A DNA stretch of 52,663 nucleotides from a virus (taxonomy: Duplodnaviria; Caudoviricetes): positions 1 through 52,663 of IMG/VR virus record IMGVR_UViG_3300033144_002182. One strand, given 5' to 3'. Shown one piece after another: positions 16,729 through 25,826 of the stretch (positions are counted from its first letter, which is position 1; every line of letters starts with the position of its first letter). The notes under the pieces were generated by a model. It was not told where the DNA came from, searched no databases, and saw only the letters and a list, made by a program, of their open reading frames with translations. Both the position numbers and the translations under genes were made by a program.

Positions 16729-17902
16729 CGCACAAATATATCACCGCGCGATAGCACGAGCCCGACAGAATGCGGCTCGCATATCCGCCGCCGCCGCCGA
16801 GGACACGCTAAGGATTTACGTTCGGATGATAGCCCGAATCTTGCTGGACGTAAGAAGTGGTCGCCTCACCGACGAACGAGCCAAGTTACTTGCCCGGTCG
16901 ATGCGTGAGCAGATGGCCCGGTTCGGTAACGAATACAGCCGCCGGATGTTGGTGCATATCCGTCTCGCAGCGAACGAGGGGGCCTTCGGTCACCTCAACG
17001 GAATTAAAGCCGTATCAAGCAATACAGGGATTGCTCTTAGCGCGGCGATGAATCCCGATTTTGTCCGCGTCCCTATCGAGGCGTTAAACGCTCTTATGCG
17101 CCGCAGGGGGATCGCGATGGAGCGGGGGTTGTTAGGGTATTCAGCACAGTTCAGGACGCTTGTGGAGCGGAATTTGAAGCTCGCTGCGGCTCAAATCGAC
17201 GACTTGTTGATGGAGGCCGTAGGACGGGGTTTCTCGTGGACACAAACAACCCAAGAACTAGGAGTTCAGCTTGCACAGAACAGTCCCGAGGTGCAAGACA
17301 TGATGAGGCGCATTGGCCCGAGAGGTGGATTCAAGCGATCTACATTCAAAGCCATTCGCGAGGGTGCTAAATTGGACGCAACGACACTCTCTCAGGCCCG
17401 GAAGTTGATGAAACGGGCGCAACTCATAGCGATCCATGAAACGAACTCTGCATACGACGAGGCTAACAAATTCGGGGCTGTCAAATCCCCTATGGTCGAG
17501 GCACTCCAATGGGAATTATCCGGGGCGCATCCTGCGGCCCATTCAACACCGGATGAATGCGACGTTATCTCGTATTCCGACCTCTACGGACTGGGGGCTG
17601 GCGTCTATCCGCCTGAAACGGTTCCTGCCCTTCCTCACGCTCGTTGCAAGTGTTGGACTAGCTCAATACTACGTCCGCCGTCACAATGGGGTGAAAAAAG
17701 AGAGGATCCGGGCGAGCCTAAAGCCATGACAAAACGTGACGCTCGAGTAGTTTTGGAGGCACGAAAAACGTCCACTGGACGCGCAGTGACCGATTCCGTG
17801 GTGCGACGCGCAACCATTTCGACGAACCGTGTAGTACGTGCTGCGAAAGCAAATCCAATCCCTGCACCAGATTTCCTTGAAACCGTCGATGCGACGCCGT
17901 AG
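16715..17902 (+). CDS. Minor head protein (Mu gpF / SPP1 gp7-like)
   Basis: RA.LIA.HET, H....CD, G.GVYP, P.PH..C.C motifs; basic protein. Confidence 0.8.
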   Translation: MPPTNAQIYHRAIARARQNAARISAAAAEDTLRIYVRMIARILLDVRSGRLTDERAKLLARSMREQMARFGNEYSRRMLVHIRLAANEGAFGHLNGIKAVSSNTGIALSAAMNPDFVRVPIEALNALMRRRGIAMERGLLGYSAQFRTLVERNLKLAAAQIDDLLMEAVGRGFSWTQTTQELGVQLAQNSPEVQDMMRRIGPRGGFKRSTFKAIREGAKLDATTLSQARKLMKRAQLIAIHETNSAYDEANKFGAVKSPMVEALQWELSGAHPAAHSTPDECDVISYSDLYGLGAGVYPPETVPALPHARCKCWTSSILRPPSQWGEKREDPGEPKAMTKRDARVVLEARKTSTGRAVTDSVVRRATISTNRVVRAAKANPIPAPDFLETVDATP

Positions 17903-18018
17903 CTTTGCGTTGCATGGTCACATCTGTTTGGAAACGACGCGCCATCGAAAACGTCGGTTCGGAAGAAGGCTCGGCCCGTGCCAGCCGCGATCCGTAAAAC
18001 GCAAAACATACTGATTCT

Positions 18019-18789
18019 ATGACTCCCGAAGAATTGTCAGCCGCTATTGATGCGCTGAAAGAAGTAGATCCCAAGACATTCTCCGAAGCATTACTGAAAG
18101 GGGCCTCGACGTTGTACCAAAACGTGTACAATGCGGGTCACAAAACAGCGACGGGAAACCTGAAAGAAAAGCTGGACGGGAATACTACTGAGATCACAGA
18201 CCTCAAGGCACAACTAACGGCTAAAGACGAGCAAATCGTGAAGCTAGGCGAGAACAACCCGGATTCTGCAAAAGTGATAGCAGATTACGAGGCTTCCGTC
18301 CAAAAGAAAGACGATCGCATCATTGAACTTGAATCCAAGATCGACGAAAACGATACCGAGTGGACAGACCGCTTTAAGCGCAACTCCACCGACGTTACTC
18401 TTGAAAAGCTGATCGGCAATCTTGTCAGGGAACATGGCGTGGATCCCCGATATGCCAAAGCTATCGTGAAAGACCCGGACGTAATTGTCCGACTCCGACA
18501 CGACGACGATGGCTTAGTCTCTGGGGCAGTCCAGCTAGACGGTGTAGCTCCGCTACCCGTGCCTGATGGTCAAACCGTTGTTGATGTATTGTCAACCGAA
18601 CTGGCTGGCGGCGTCCCCGGTAAATTCAAGGAAGATCGTAGACAGAACGAGTCCAAACTGGGCGGCGAAGGCGGCAAGAAAAAATCGTTTACGGAATCAG
18701 AAATTGAGTCCATGAGCGATACCGAATTTGAAACCCAACAGGACGCGATAGACGAAGCACTTGCGGCGGGACGTGTAACCGCGGGTTGA
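18019..18789 (+). CDS. Capsid scaffolding protein
   Basis: Acidic coiled coil immediately before the MCP; C-terminal I..MS..EF......I..A...GR. Confidence 0.75.
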   Translation: MTPEELSAAIDALKEVDPKTFSEALLKGASTLYQNVYNAGHKTATGNLKEKLDGNTTEITDLKAQLTAKDEQIVKLGENNPDSAKVIADYEASVQKKDDRIIELESKIDENDTEWTDRFKRNSTDVTLEKLIGNLVREHGVDPRYAKAIVKDPDVIVRLRHDDDGLVSGAVQLDGVAPLPVPDGQTVVDVLSTELAGGVPGKFKEDRRQNESKLGGEGGKKKSFTESEIESMSDTEFETQQDAIDEALAAGRVTAG

Positions 18790-18854
18790 CATCACATCAA
18801 CGCGCCCCCCGGATGCTTTTATCGTTTTGATTGTTGAACCAATGGGGGTGCAAA

Positions 18855-19691
18855 ATGGCACTTACTAACTTTGTCCCAACGATTTGGTCGCGGAGGCTGA
18901 ATGTCAGTCTCAGGCGTGATTTGGTTGGAATGTCTGTCGTCAATGAGGATTATATCGGAGAAGTCCGGGCCGCTGGCGACACACTGAAAATCAATCGCCC
19001 TGCCGCTATCAATGTTGGCGATTACAATGTTGGTTCCGACATCACGATCCAGACCCCAACGTCTTCCCAACTCGAACTAAATATCGACCAGTTTAAGTAT
19101 GTTGCTTTTTCTGTCGATGATGTTCGAAAGGTACAGGCGAACGTCGAGCTTATGGCTCCCTACGTGAACGAAGCGAACTACGCTCTGCGGAAAACCGTGG
19201 ACGAATTTATCTTCGGACACTATACGGGCGTTGATGCAAGTAATGTAGTAGCGAAAACGGTACTCGCTGCTGATACTGTCTACGGCAAGATTGCCGAGGC
19301 TGCTCGTCGTCTGGATGCAAATGATGTCCCAACAGATGGTCGCTTCCTCGCACTGTCACCACTGATAGTCGAATTCCTACGTACTTCTACGCAGTTCACC
19401 GCAGCCTCTGAGCTTGGTGATAACGTGAAGAAAACCGGACTTGTTGGCGAAATTCTCGGCTTCAATATCTATCGGTCAAACTCTTTAACGAGTGCCGCCG
19501 ATGGATCTGATACCGTGCAACATTGCCTGTTCGGTCACACGTCGGCCTTGACCTTCGGTATGCAGTTCACGAAAATGGAATCTGCCCGCATGGAGAAGCA
19601 ATTCTCCGATCTCGTGAAGGGCCTTTTGATTTACGGCGCACAAACCGTAAAGGCGAAGGCACTTGGCGATTTGAGGCATATTACCTCATAG
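18855..19691 (+). CDS. Major capsid protein (HK97 fold)
   Basis: FVPTIWS, GDTLKI, L.IDQ.KY..F.VDD, LD.NDVP.DGR, G.I.GF.IY.SN, GL..YG motifs. Confidence 0.92.
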   Translation: MALTNFVPTIWSRRLNVSLRRDLVGMSVVNEDYIGEVRAAGDTLKINRPAAINVGDYNVGSDITIQTPTSSQLELNIDQFKYVAFSVDDVRKVQANVELMAPYVNEANYALRKTVDEFIFGHYTGVDASNVVAKTVLAADTVYGKIAEAARRLDANDVPTDGRFLALSPLIVEFLRTSTQFTAASELGDNVKKTGLVGEILGFNIYRSNSLTSAADGSDTVQHCLFGHTSALTFGMQFTKMESARMEKQFSDLVKGLLIYGAQTVKAKALGDLRHITS

Positions 19692-19710
19692 CCTGTACTG
19701 GCTGACCTAT

Positions 19711-19748
19711 GGGTCTGGCGCGTAGTGATATGTCTGCGCGTCCGACCC
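19711..19748 (+). other. Stable hairpin after the MCP gene
   Basis: GGGTCTGGCGCGTAG / CTGCGCGTCCGACCC, 15-bp stem with one mismatch; no U-tail. Confidence 0.5.
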
Positions 19749-19773
19749 GGCGGTATTTCACGCGAGGATAACA

Positions 19774-19962
19774 ATGGCGAATAAAAAAGATTTTTTCGTG
19801 GTGCGGAATCTCGACACCGGAGTCGTTTGCGGAGTCACCGAGGATCGGTATAAAAGCCTGATAAAACGGGATGATTTCGAGGACGCTGCACCGGCAAAAG
19901 CCAAGTCACGAACTCGAACCGCGAAAACAAAAACCACGACAGGCAAGGCCGTTAAGAAATAA
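19774..19962 (+). CDS. Small basic virion-associated protein
   Basis: K/T/A-rich tail; located between MCP and adaptor. Confidence 0.65.
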   Translation: MANKKDFFVVRNLDTGVVCGVTEDRYKSLIKRDDFEDAAPAKAKSRTRTAKTKTTTGKAVKK

Positions 19963-20357
19963 TGGCAAGCTACTTTGACTGGACAGCCACGCCGGATAAA
20001 AACATCCTGCATGATTCCGTCAGAGCGCACTACGACTTGGAGGCCGTTGCTGCGAATGCTGAACGGGACACAATAGCCATGTTCACCTATGGATATGGCG
20101 AAACGACCGTTGTGGCCTTAGAGGGTTACGACGACGACGCAGACAGCGCAGAGGCAACACTAAAAGAAGCCATGCGCCTGACTGTCGGAGAGGTTGCTAA
20201 TCACCGGCTCTTGCATTACGACACTAAGCCGGGGGTCACGTCCGAATCCCGAGGGGCGCGGAGTGAAACCCGTAAGCAAGTAGATCCTCTGTGGCCTGAT
20301 GGCTGGCAATGGCGACTAGGAGATTTCGAATACGCTCCCGTTGGCTGGATCACATGA
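19962..20357 (+). CDS. Head-tail adaptor (putative)
   Basis: Position; SES.G..S motif typical of gp15/gp6-like connectors. Confidence 0.6.
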   Translation: MASYFDWTATPDKNILHDSVRAHYDLEAVAANAERDTIAMFTYGYGETTVVALEGYDDDADSAEATLKEAMRLTVGEVANHRLLHYDTKPGVTSESRGARSETRKQVDPLWPDGWQWRLGDFEYAPVGWIT

Positions 20358-20743
20358 GATACAACGAACAAATAGTAGTCACGATGCAGACTGGCGGCTC
20401 CCAAGACCCCGACGGGTCATGGAATGTCGGAAGCGAGAAGATCAAGTACGATGGTCATGGCGACGCACAGGAATTGTCTTATATGCGGCGTCTCGGCTTC
20501 GACTCAGAGCTTCAAAACGTGGCTGATATTAAGTGTTTCATTCCGAAGCCGCAGACCGTAGAGGGCTTTCTTGTGGGCGATGAATGCTCAATTATCTACG
20601 CCTCTGGTACGATACGACGCGGCACAGTGCGCGATATGTCGATTATCGACGACAGTTTTTATGTCCACACTTACGGCCCACTCGACCTGTTCTCAGGATA
20701 TGTTCTCATTGACGACGAAGGCGATTGCCTGATACTAGCATAA
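20354..20743 (+). CDS. Head closure protein (putative)
   Basis: Position; beta-rich; D.DG.W motif; ATGA coupling. Confidence 0.5.
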   Translation: MRYNEQIVVTMQTGGSQDPDGSWNVGSEKIKYDGHGDAQELSYMRRLGFDSELQNVADIKCFIPKPQTVEGFLVGDECSIIYASGTIRRGTVRDMSIIDDSFYVHTYGPLDLFSGYVLIDDEGDCLILA

Positions 20744-21057
20744 TGGGACACCAAGACGGAAAAAAATGGACTGAACTGAACTTCGGAGTGCCCGTTGGCT
20801 CCGACGTGGTGGTTTATCGCCAAGCCAACACTGGATCATGGTTGCGAGCCCAAGTAACAAACATTCCGGCCACAGGCGGTATGTCGGCTTCTCTCTTCGA
20901 TCCGTATACTATACTTGCAGCCGTCGTAGACGATACGCCGGTTGCCGTGGCTGTCGGTTCTAAGAAAATGGTTGGCCGAAACACGGGCAGCATCAAAGGA
21001 ATGACATCGGCGGAGGTTTTGGACATACTCGATCCGATTGACCTCGGCTTCTATTAA
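20743..21057 (+). CDS. Virion protein, fibre-related
   Basis: Shares the A(V)xDDTPV...GR..G segment with gene 21074. Confidence 0.6.
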   Translation: MGHQDGKKWTELNFGVPVGSDVVVYRQANTGSWLRAQVTNIPATGGMSASLFDPYTILAAVVDDTPVAVAVGSKKMVGRNTGSIKGMTSAEVLDILDPIDLGFY

Positions 21058-21073
21058 ACCCGGTACATAAAAA

Positions 21074-22105
21074 ATGGCAAACGTACTTCAACTTAAAAGG
21101 AGCATCACTGTTGATGTTGCTCCTACCACTCTTGTTGAAGGTGAACTTGCAGCCAACGTCGATGCGGCAACGGTTGTCGGTAACCTTTGGCTCGGCATAG
21201 AGGGCGCAGTGGAGATTCTGGTAGCAACCCAGAACCTCAATACACTTGCAGCCTTCGCGTTCTTCCTCGATACGGACGCTTTTACAGAGGACAGCGCAAC
21301 ACAGGTAGCCTCGCAGCAATCCATTAAGGCGTATGCTGACGGGAAGGTTGCGGCAGCACTTTATGACGCGAACTCAACCGTCGTAGCAGTAACCGACGAC
21401 ACACCCGTTGTCCAAGCCTTTGCTGCCTCGACGGTTCTTGGTCGTAGGGCCGCTGGTGACGTTACGGCGATCACTTATGCGAACCTCTCGACCGATCTCG
21501 GAATTGCAGAGCTTGGCGGCGTGACGCATAACTTCGCTGCTGCTGTTGCTCCGACGGTGAACGACGATGTGACTTCTGGCTACGGCCCCGGCTCTATCTG
21601 GATCGACACAACCGCAGACAAGGCATATATCTGTCTCGACGGCACCGATACATTGGCAGTCTGGACAGAAACAACGCAGGCTGGCGGAGGCGTTGACGTG
21701 AACGGCACTCCTGCCTCGAACGAAATTACGATGTGGTTTGACGTTGACACAATCAAGTCATTCGCCGGATGGAAGTTCGACGGAAGTGATATGACGATCT
21801 ACGAAGAGGTGAACGACGGGAACCCGTCTATTGCACTCGGAAAAGATGCCGCAGAAGTGCTTCTCGTCCAAGCGGTCTATGACGGCGGGTTACAGACGCT
21901 CGACCGTGTGGATTTCATCACGAAAGCGGCTTCGGTCACGACAGACAAAGGGCTCTACCGATTCAGCGTAGACGAAGTGGCTATCCTCGACATCAACGAT
22001 GCTGGTATCGACCTCGTGTCCAGCATGGGTTATTACATTAACGGAACACTGGTTCTCTCTGGTACAAACTTAGACAACGTGATCGTCGACGGCGGCACTT
22101 ACTAA
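21074..22105 (+). CDS. Fibre/decoration protein 1
   Basis: N-terminal LQLKRS..P..L.EGEL anchor-type motif; ends DGGTY. Confidence 0.7.
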   Translation: MANVLQLKRSITVDVAPTTLVEGELAANVDAATVVGNLWLGIEGAVEILVATQNLNTLAAFAFFLDTDAFTEDSATQVASQQSIKAYADGKVAAALYDANSTVVAVTDDTPVVQAFAASTVLGRRAAGDVTAITYANLSTDLGIAELGGVTHNFAAAVAPTVNDDVTSGYGPGSIWIDTTADKAYICLDGTDTLAVWTETTQAGGGVDVNGTPASNEITMWFDVDTIKSFAGWKFDGSDMTIYEEVNDGNPSIALGKDAAEVLLVQAVYDGGLQTLDRVDFITKAASVTTDKGLYRFSVDEVAILDINDAGIDLVSSMGYYINGTLVLSGTNLDNVIVDGGTY

Positions 22106-22129
22106 ACACCACGCTTTTACTAAGAGCTA

Positions 22130-22756
22130 ATGGCTAATACCTTACAGGTTAAACGCTCCGGCACTGCGGACGCGGTGCCATCCTCGTTGGCCGAAGGTGA
22201 ACTTGGGGCTAACGTAGACGCCGCGACAGTTGTTGGGAATCTATGGCTCGGTATCGAAGGCGGTGCCGAGATCAAGATTCTTACCGAGAATCAGAACACC
22301 CTTGTCGGGTTTGGGGTGTTCGTTGATACGGATTCGATGTCGGAGAACAGCGCACTACGGGTTCCGAGTCAGCAATCCGTGAAGGCTTACGTTGATTCTG
22401 GCACCGTCACTATGACGAATAAGCGTGTCACGAAACGCAGGACTGCGGTAGCGTCCAGCACAACTCCCACGCCTGATTGCGACGACGAGGACTTCTACGA
22501 GCTTACAGCCCTTGCAGTGAACGCTACTTTTGGAGCGATCACAGGCACTGGAACCGACGGGCAACCCATGTATATTCGGATCGAGGACAATGGGACTACC
22601 CGGACGCTTGCCTTCAACTCAGGGACAGGTGGCTACCGAGCGATCGGTGTCACACTCCCGACCGCTACGACGGCGAACAAACTCATTTACCTCGCTCTCG
22701 TTTACCACGCAACCGACGACAAATGGGACGTTATCGGCGTCTCGGAAGAAGCATAA
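22130..22756 (+). CDS. Fibre/decoration protein 2 (paralogous N-terminus)
   Basis: First ~88 aa similar to gene 21074 (ANVDAATVVGNLWLGIEG identical). Confidence 0.7.
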   Translation: MANTLQVKRSGTADAVPSSLAEGELGANVDAATVVGNLWLGIEGGAEIKILTENQNTLVGFGVFVDTDSMSENSALRVPSQQSVKAYVDSGTVTMTNKRVTKRRTAVASSTTPTPDCDDEDFYELTALAVNATFGAITGTGTDGQPMYIRIEDNGTTRTLAFNSGTGGYRAIGVTLPTATTANKLIYLALVYHATDDKWDVIGVSEEA

Positions 22757-22757
22757 C

Positions 22758-23069
22758 ATGGCACTTTATGACAGGATTGCCCGAACCGATCCTCCAACAT
22801 TTGGCAAGATCAACACACACGGCCTTTCCGCTGCAATGAGACTGGCAGCAAGCGGTAGCGCGACGATTTCGAGAGCGGGGATAATCAATCAGTTCAATAT
22901 GAGCGTGGTCGATGAAATAGAACTCGACGAAATCATAGCCGCGTATGGGACGAAATCCAACAACACAGCCCGTCTTCTTTACATGGCGAAAATCCATGAT
23001 GCGAACCTACTCGCTGAGTTTAAGCAGTACACCCATGCTCAATGGAGAACGGAATTAGAATTACCATAA
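22758..23069 (+). CDS. Hypothetical protein (possible fibre chaperone)
   Basis: Start trimmed to MALYDR directly after the upstream stop. Confidence 0.55.
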   Translation: MALYDRIARTDPPTFGKINTHGLSAAMRLAASGSATISRAGIINQFNMSVVDEIELDEIIAAYGTKSNNTARLLYMAKIHDANLLAEFKQYTHAQWRTELELP

Positions 23070-23072
23070 GTC

Positions 23073-24389
23073 ATGGCTGTTAAAATAGTCTGCGGAACCC
23101 ATGTTGGACCGGGGGCGTCGGGGGCTTTCAACGTAACGAATTCCGACCTCGGCGGCGATACGCCAGACGCGGTGGTTATGTGGTGTACGCACAACACTTC
23201 CGACGGGGCCTCGATTGCGAATTGGGGCCTTGCAATCGGGTTGAATAGTGCGGCGACAGGAGTAGCAAATTCTCAATACGCATACGCGAATGAGGAAGAT
23301 GGGGTGGCGCGGTCGGATTCGATAAATACAGGACTTATCGACAGCATCAATTTCTTAGTGGGCGAAGATACATACGGCGGCGGCTCGGGAAGCCCGTACG
23401 TATTTAGGCTTACCGCCTATATCGCCAACGGAGTGACGCTGGATAATCTTGCGAGTGTCACGTGGCCGGCAAATATCCAGATCCATTATATGTTTATTTC
23501 AGGCGTTGACGACTCTCACGCGGGGGCGTTTACGCCTACCGACACGGTGGACTCGTCCGTCGATATAACCGCTCCCGGTTTCCGCGCCGACGTTGTAATA
23601 TCGGTGCTTGGAGAGGACCCGTACGACGGGGGAAAAGACACGGACGGCCCGGTCGGGATCGGGTTCTATGCGTACGACGGCTCGGTCTATCAATCGGCGG
23701 CTTTCTTTTTCTCGGATGACAACTCGGCAAATATGACCAACGGCGTAGGCGTCTACGGGAGTTCGGGAGGGCGAACGCCACACACTGGAAATCAAGGGCG
23801 GTACGAATACGCTTCTCACGCTAACGGCTTTTCCGCGACAACGCGAAATGCCTTTAATGTTTCCGATGTCCTCTACCTTGCGTTAAAACTTCCGTCGGGG
23901 GTATCGGCTCACGCAGGGACGTTCCAAAGCCCTGCGAGCGCGACAACAAAAGCCGTTACAGGACTCGGCTTTAAGCCGCAAGCGGTAATGCTCGTCCAAA
24001 CAAAATCGGCAACCTCACAGGGAGCCAACGGCGTAGACAATTCTGGACCGGGAGCCGACGGAATATCTATCGGAGCGACATCAGGACCGGCGGCGGCAAA
24101 AAACACAAGCGCAGGAATAGCCTCGGAGGACGGGGCGGCGAATGGAAATTGTGGGCAACGCTCGGCGGACGACGCTTGCGTTTTACTCATGCAGGACGAC
24201 TACGCAGGGGGCTTGGACGCGGTTGCGGTTCTGGACTCGTTCGATATTGGTGGGTTTACGCTCGACTATACTACTTGCGGCTCGGACTGCCAATCGAAAT
24301 ACGGGATCTACCTCGCGATTGAAGAGGACGGCGGGGCTCCACCAGCGGCAGAGCCAGAAGCGGGAATTATGGTCCCGTATTATATGTAA
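23073..24389 (+). CDS. Beta-rich virion/fibre protein with internal repeats
   Basis: G/S/T/D-rich; repeats SHAGAF..I..PGFRADVV / AHAGTF..V..LGFKPQAV; NGVTL/NGFS/GGFTL. Confidence 0.65.
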   Translation: MAVKIVCGTHVGPGASGAFNVTNSDLGGDTPDAVVMWCTHNTSDGASIANWGLAIGLNSAATGVANSQYAYANEEDGVARSDSINTGLIDSINFLVGEDTYGGGSGSPYVFRLTAYIANGVTLDNLASVTWPANIQIHYMFISGVDDSHAGAFTPTDTVDSSVDITAPGFRADVVISVLGEDPYDGGKDTDGPVGIGFYAYDGSVYQSAAFFFSDDNSANMTNGVGVYGSSGGRTPHTGNQGRYEYASHANGFSATTRNAFNVSDVLYLALKLPSGVSAHAGTFQSPASATTKAVTGLGFKPQAVMLVQTKSATSQGANGVDNSGPGADGISIGATSGPAAAKNTSAGIASEDGAANGNCGQRSADDACVLLMQDDYAGGLDAVAVLDSFDIGGFTLDYTTCGSDCQSKYGIYLAIEEDGGAPPAAEPEAGIMVPYYM

Positions 24390-24415
24390 CAACGAAAACG
24401 CATGGAGGCGTTACA

Positions 24416-24934
24416 ATGAAAACAGAACTTAAATTCTCACAGATAGCGGAGGCTATTCAGGCTTTCGATGCTCTGGCAAAAATGCAAGTAACCCCAGAAC
24501 TCGTAATGGTCATTCGCCATAATCGACGAGAACTGGAACCGCTGACCGCAGACTTCCGGGCCGCGATGCGGGAGAACCTCGAAGAACACGGGCGCAAGGA
24601 TCGCAAGACGGGTCAGTTTATGACCAAGCGCGATTCCGGTGACGTGGTGGTATTCGAATACAAGTCGATAGCCGCACGGTCACGGTATATCGTGGAGTCG
24701 AATCGCCTAGCCGCCCAAACACGAACCCGGAATCTGGCTGTTGTTCCGTGGAAGGAATTTTCCAAGATGGACTTCGTTTCCGAAGCGGTTATATCCGCGC
24801 TTGAGTGGATGATTAAAGAGATGCGCACAGACTGGCTCGCCCGTCAGCGAGAGGAGAATAAGGCCACGGCTGAACGCGAACGATTATTGAATGCCACAAC
24901 GAATGGTCGCGCCCGCACGAAAAAAACAAAATAG
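24416..24934 (+). CDS. Hypothetical helical protein
   Basis: ORF track; GGAGG upstream. Confidence 0.65.
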   Translation: MKTELKFSQIAEAIQAFDALAKMQVTPELVMVIRHNRRELEPLTADFRAAMRENLEEHGRKDRKTGQFMTKRDSGDVVVFEYKSIAARSRYIVESNRLAAQTRTRNLAVVPWKEFSKMDFVSEAVISALEWMIKEMRTDWLARQREENKATAERERLLNATTNGRARTKKTK

Positions 24935-25350
24935 TGTATACGTTCCGCACGGACTTATCGGACTTCTACCGACAAATCGGGGAAGAAAAGCGAAAGGTCG
25001 AAAGGGTCATTCCTGCCGTCATGGAAGTCGTGGGCATCCGTATTGTCGAGTGGCTCCGTTCGACCGATCCGTCTTTCGGGATTCAAAGCGGAGGGCGCGT
25101 TGCTCACCCCGGTCACTGGGCCGACGATTCATCGAACCTGTCTCGTGGCTATGCCTACGAAGTCATTCCTACGAATCAGGGTTTCACGCTGCGTTTTTCA
25201 AACAACATTGAATACGCTGCCGAACTTGACGAAAAAGAAGGCTATTTTGTACTCTCTGGCGTAGCGGATCACATGATGGCCCCGGCTATTGTGGAATTGA
25301 AACGTGCGCTACGCTCTGCCCTGCCTCATTATCAAATTGAAATAGGATGA
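24934..25350 (+). CDS. Neck/tail completion protein (HK97 gp10-like)
   Basis: D.S.NL..G, N.IEYA..L motifs; position. Confidence 0.7.
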   Translation: MYTFRTDLSDFYRQIGEEKRKVERVIPAVMEVVGIRIVEWLRSTDPSFGIQSGGRVAHPGHWADDSSNLSRGYAYEVIPTNQGFTLRFSNNIEYAAELDEKEGYFVLSGVADHMMAPAIVELKRALRSALPHYQIEIG

Positions 25351-25826
25351 GCTTCACTACCGCCACACCGCCACGTCTCTCTGAACTCGCGTCGGACATT
25401 GTTACAACGCTCGACGTAGCCTCCATGCAAGCCAAGCTCGGCGGGACGGGTTTAGTTGTGGCGGGACTTATTACCGAAACCCCTGTCTTTGCCGCTGGCA
25501 GTGGGAAAATCGGACGCATTATTGTTATCCGGCGCGACGGGCCTTTTCCCGGTTCAAACACCGACCTTACCCGAGTATATTCGCCCCAGTTCAATCTCCG
25601 CGTCGATTGCCTGAAACCAACGCCCACTTTTGACCCGGATCTATTCCTGTCGAATCTCCACGCGGAAATCTTCACCCTCCTTGAAGGCTATTCGCCAACG
25701 ATCACTTACGGAAAGGTCACACACCCGTTCCGTCGTATCGGCCCCCCTTCGACTCCGCGTGAGGACAAGCCCGGAAAGTATTTCTACTCGCGCTCTCTTT
25801 TCAAGATTATCGTTGAACCGGCATAA
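25347..25826 (+). CDS. Tail terminator (putative)
   Basis: Size and position before the tube genes. Confidence 0.55.
   Translation: MSFTTATPPRLSELASDIVTTLDVASMQAKLGGTGLVVAGLITETPVFAAGSGKIGRIIVIRRDGPFPGSNTDLTRVYSPQFNLRVDCLKPTPTFDPDLFLSNLHAEIFTLLEGYSPTITYGKVTHPFRRIGPPSTPREDKPGKYFYSRSLFKIIVEPA

Noticed and set aside
19711-19748. Rho-independent terminator
   Set aside because: No U-tract directly after the stem; kept only as a hairpin
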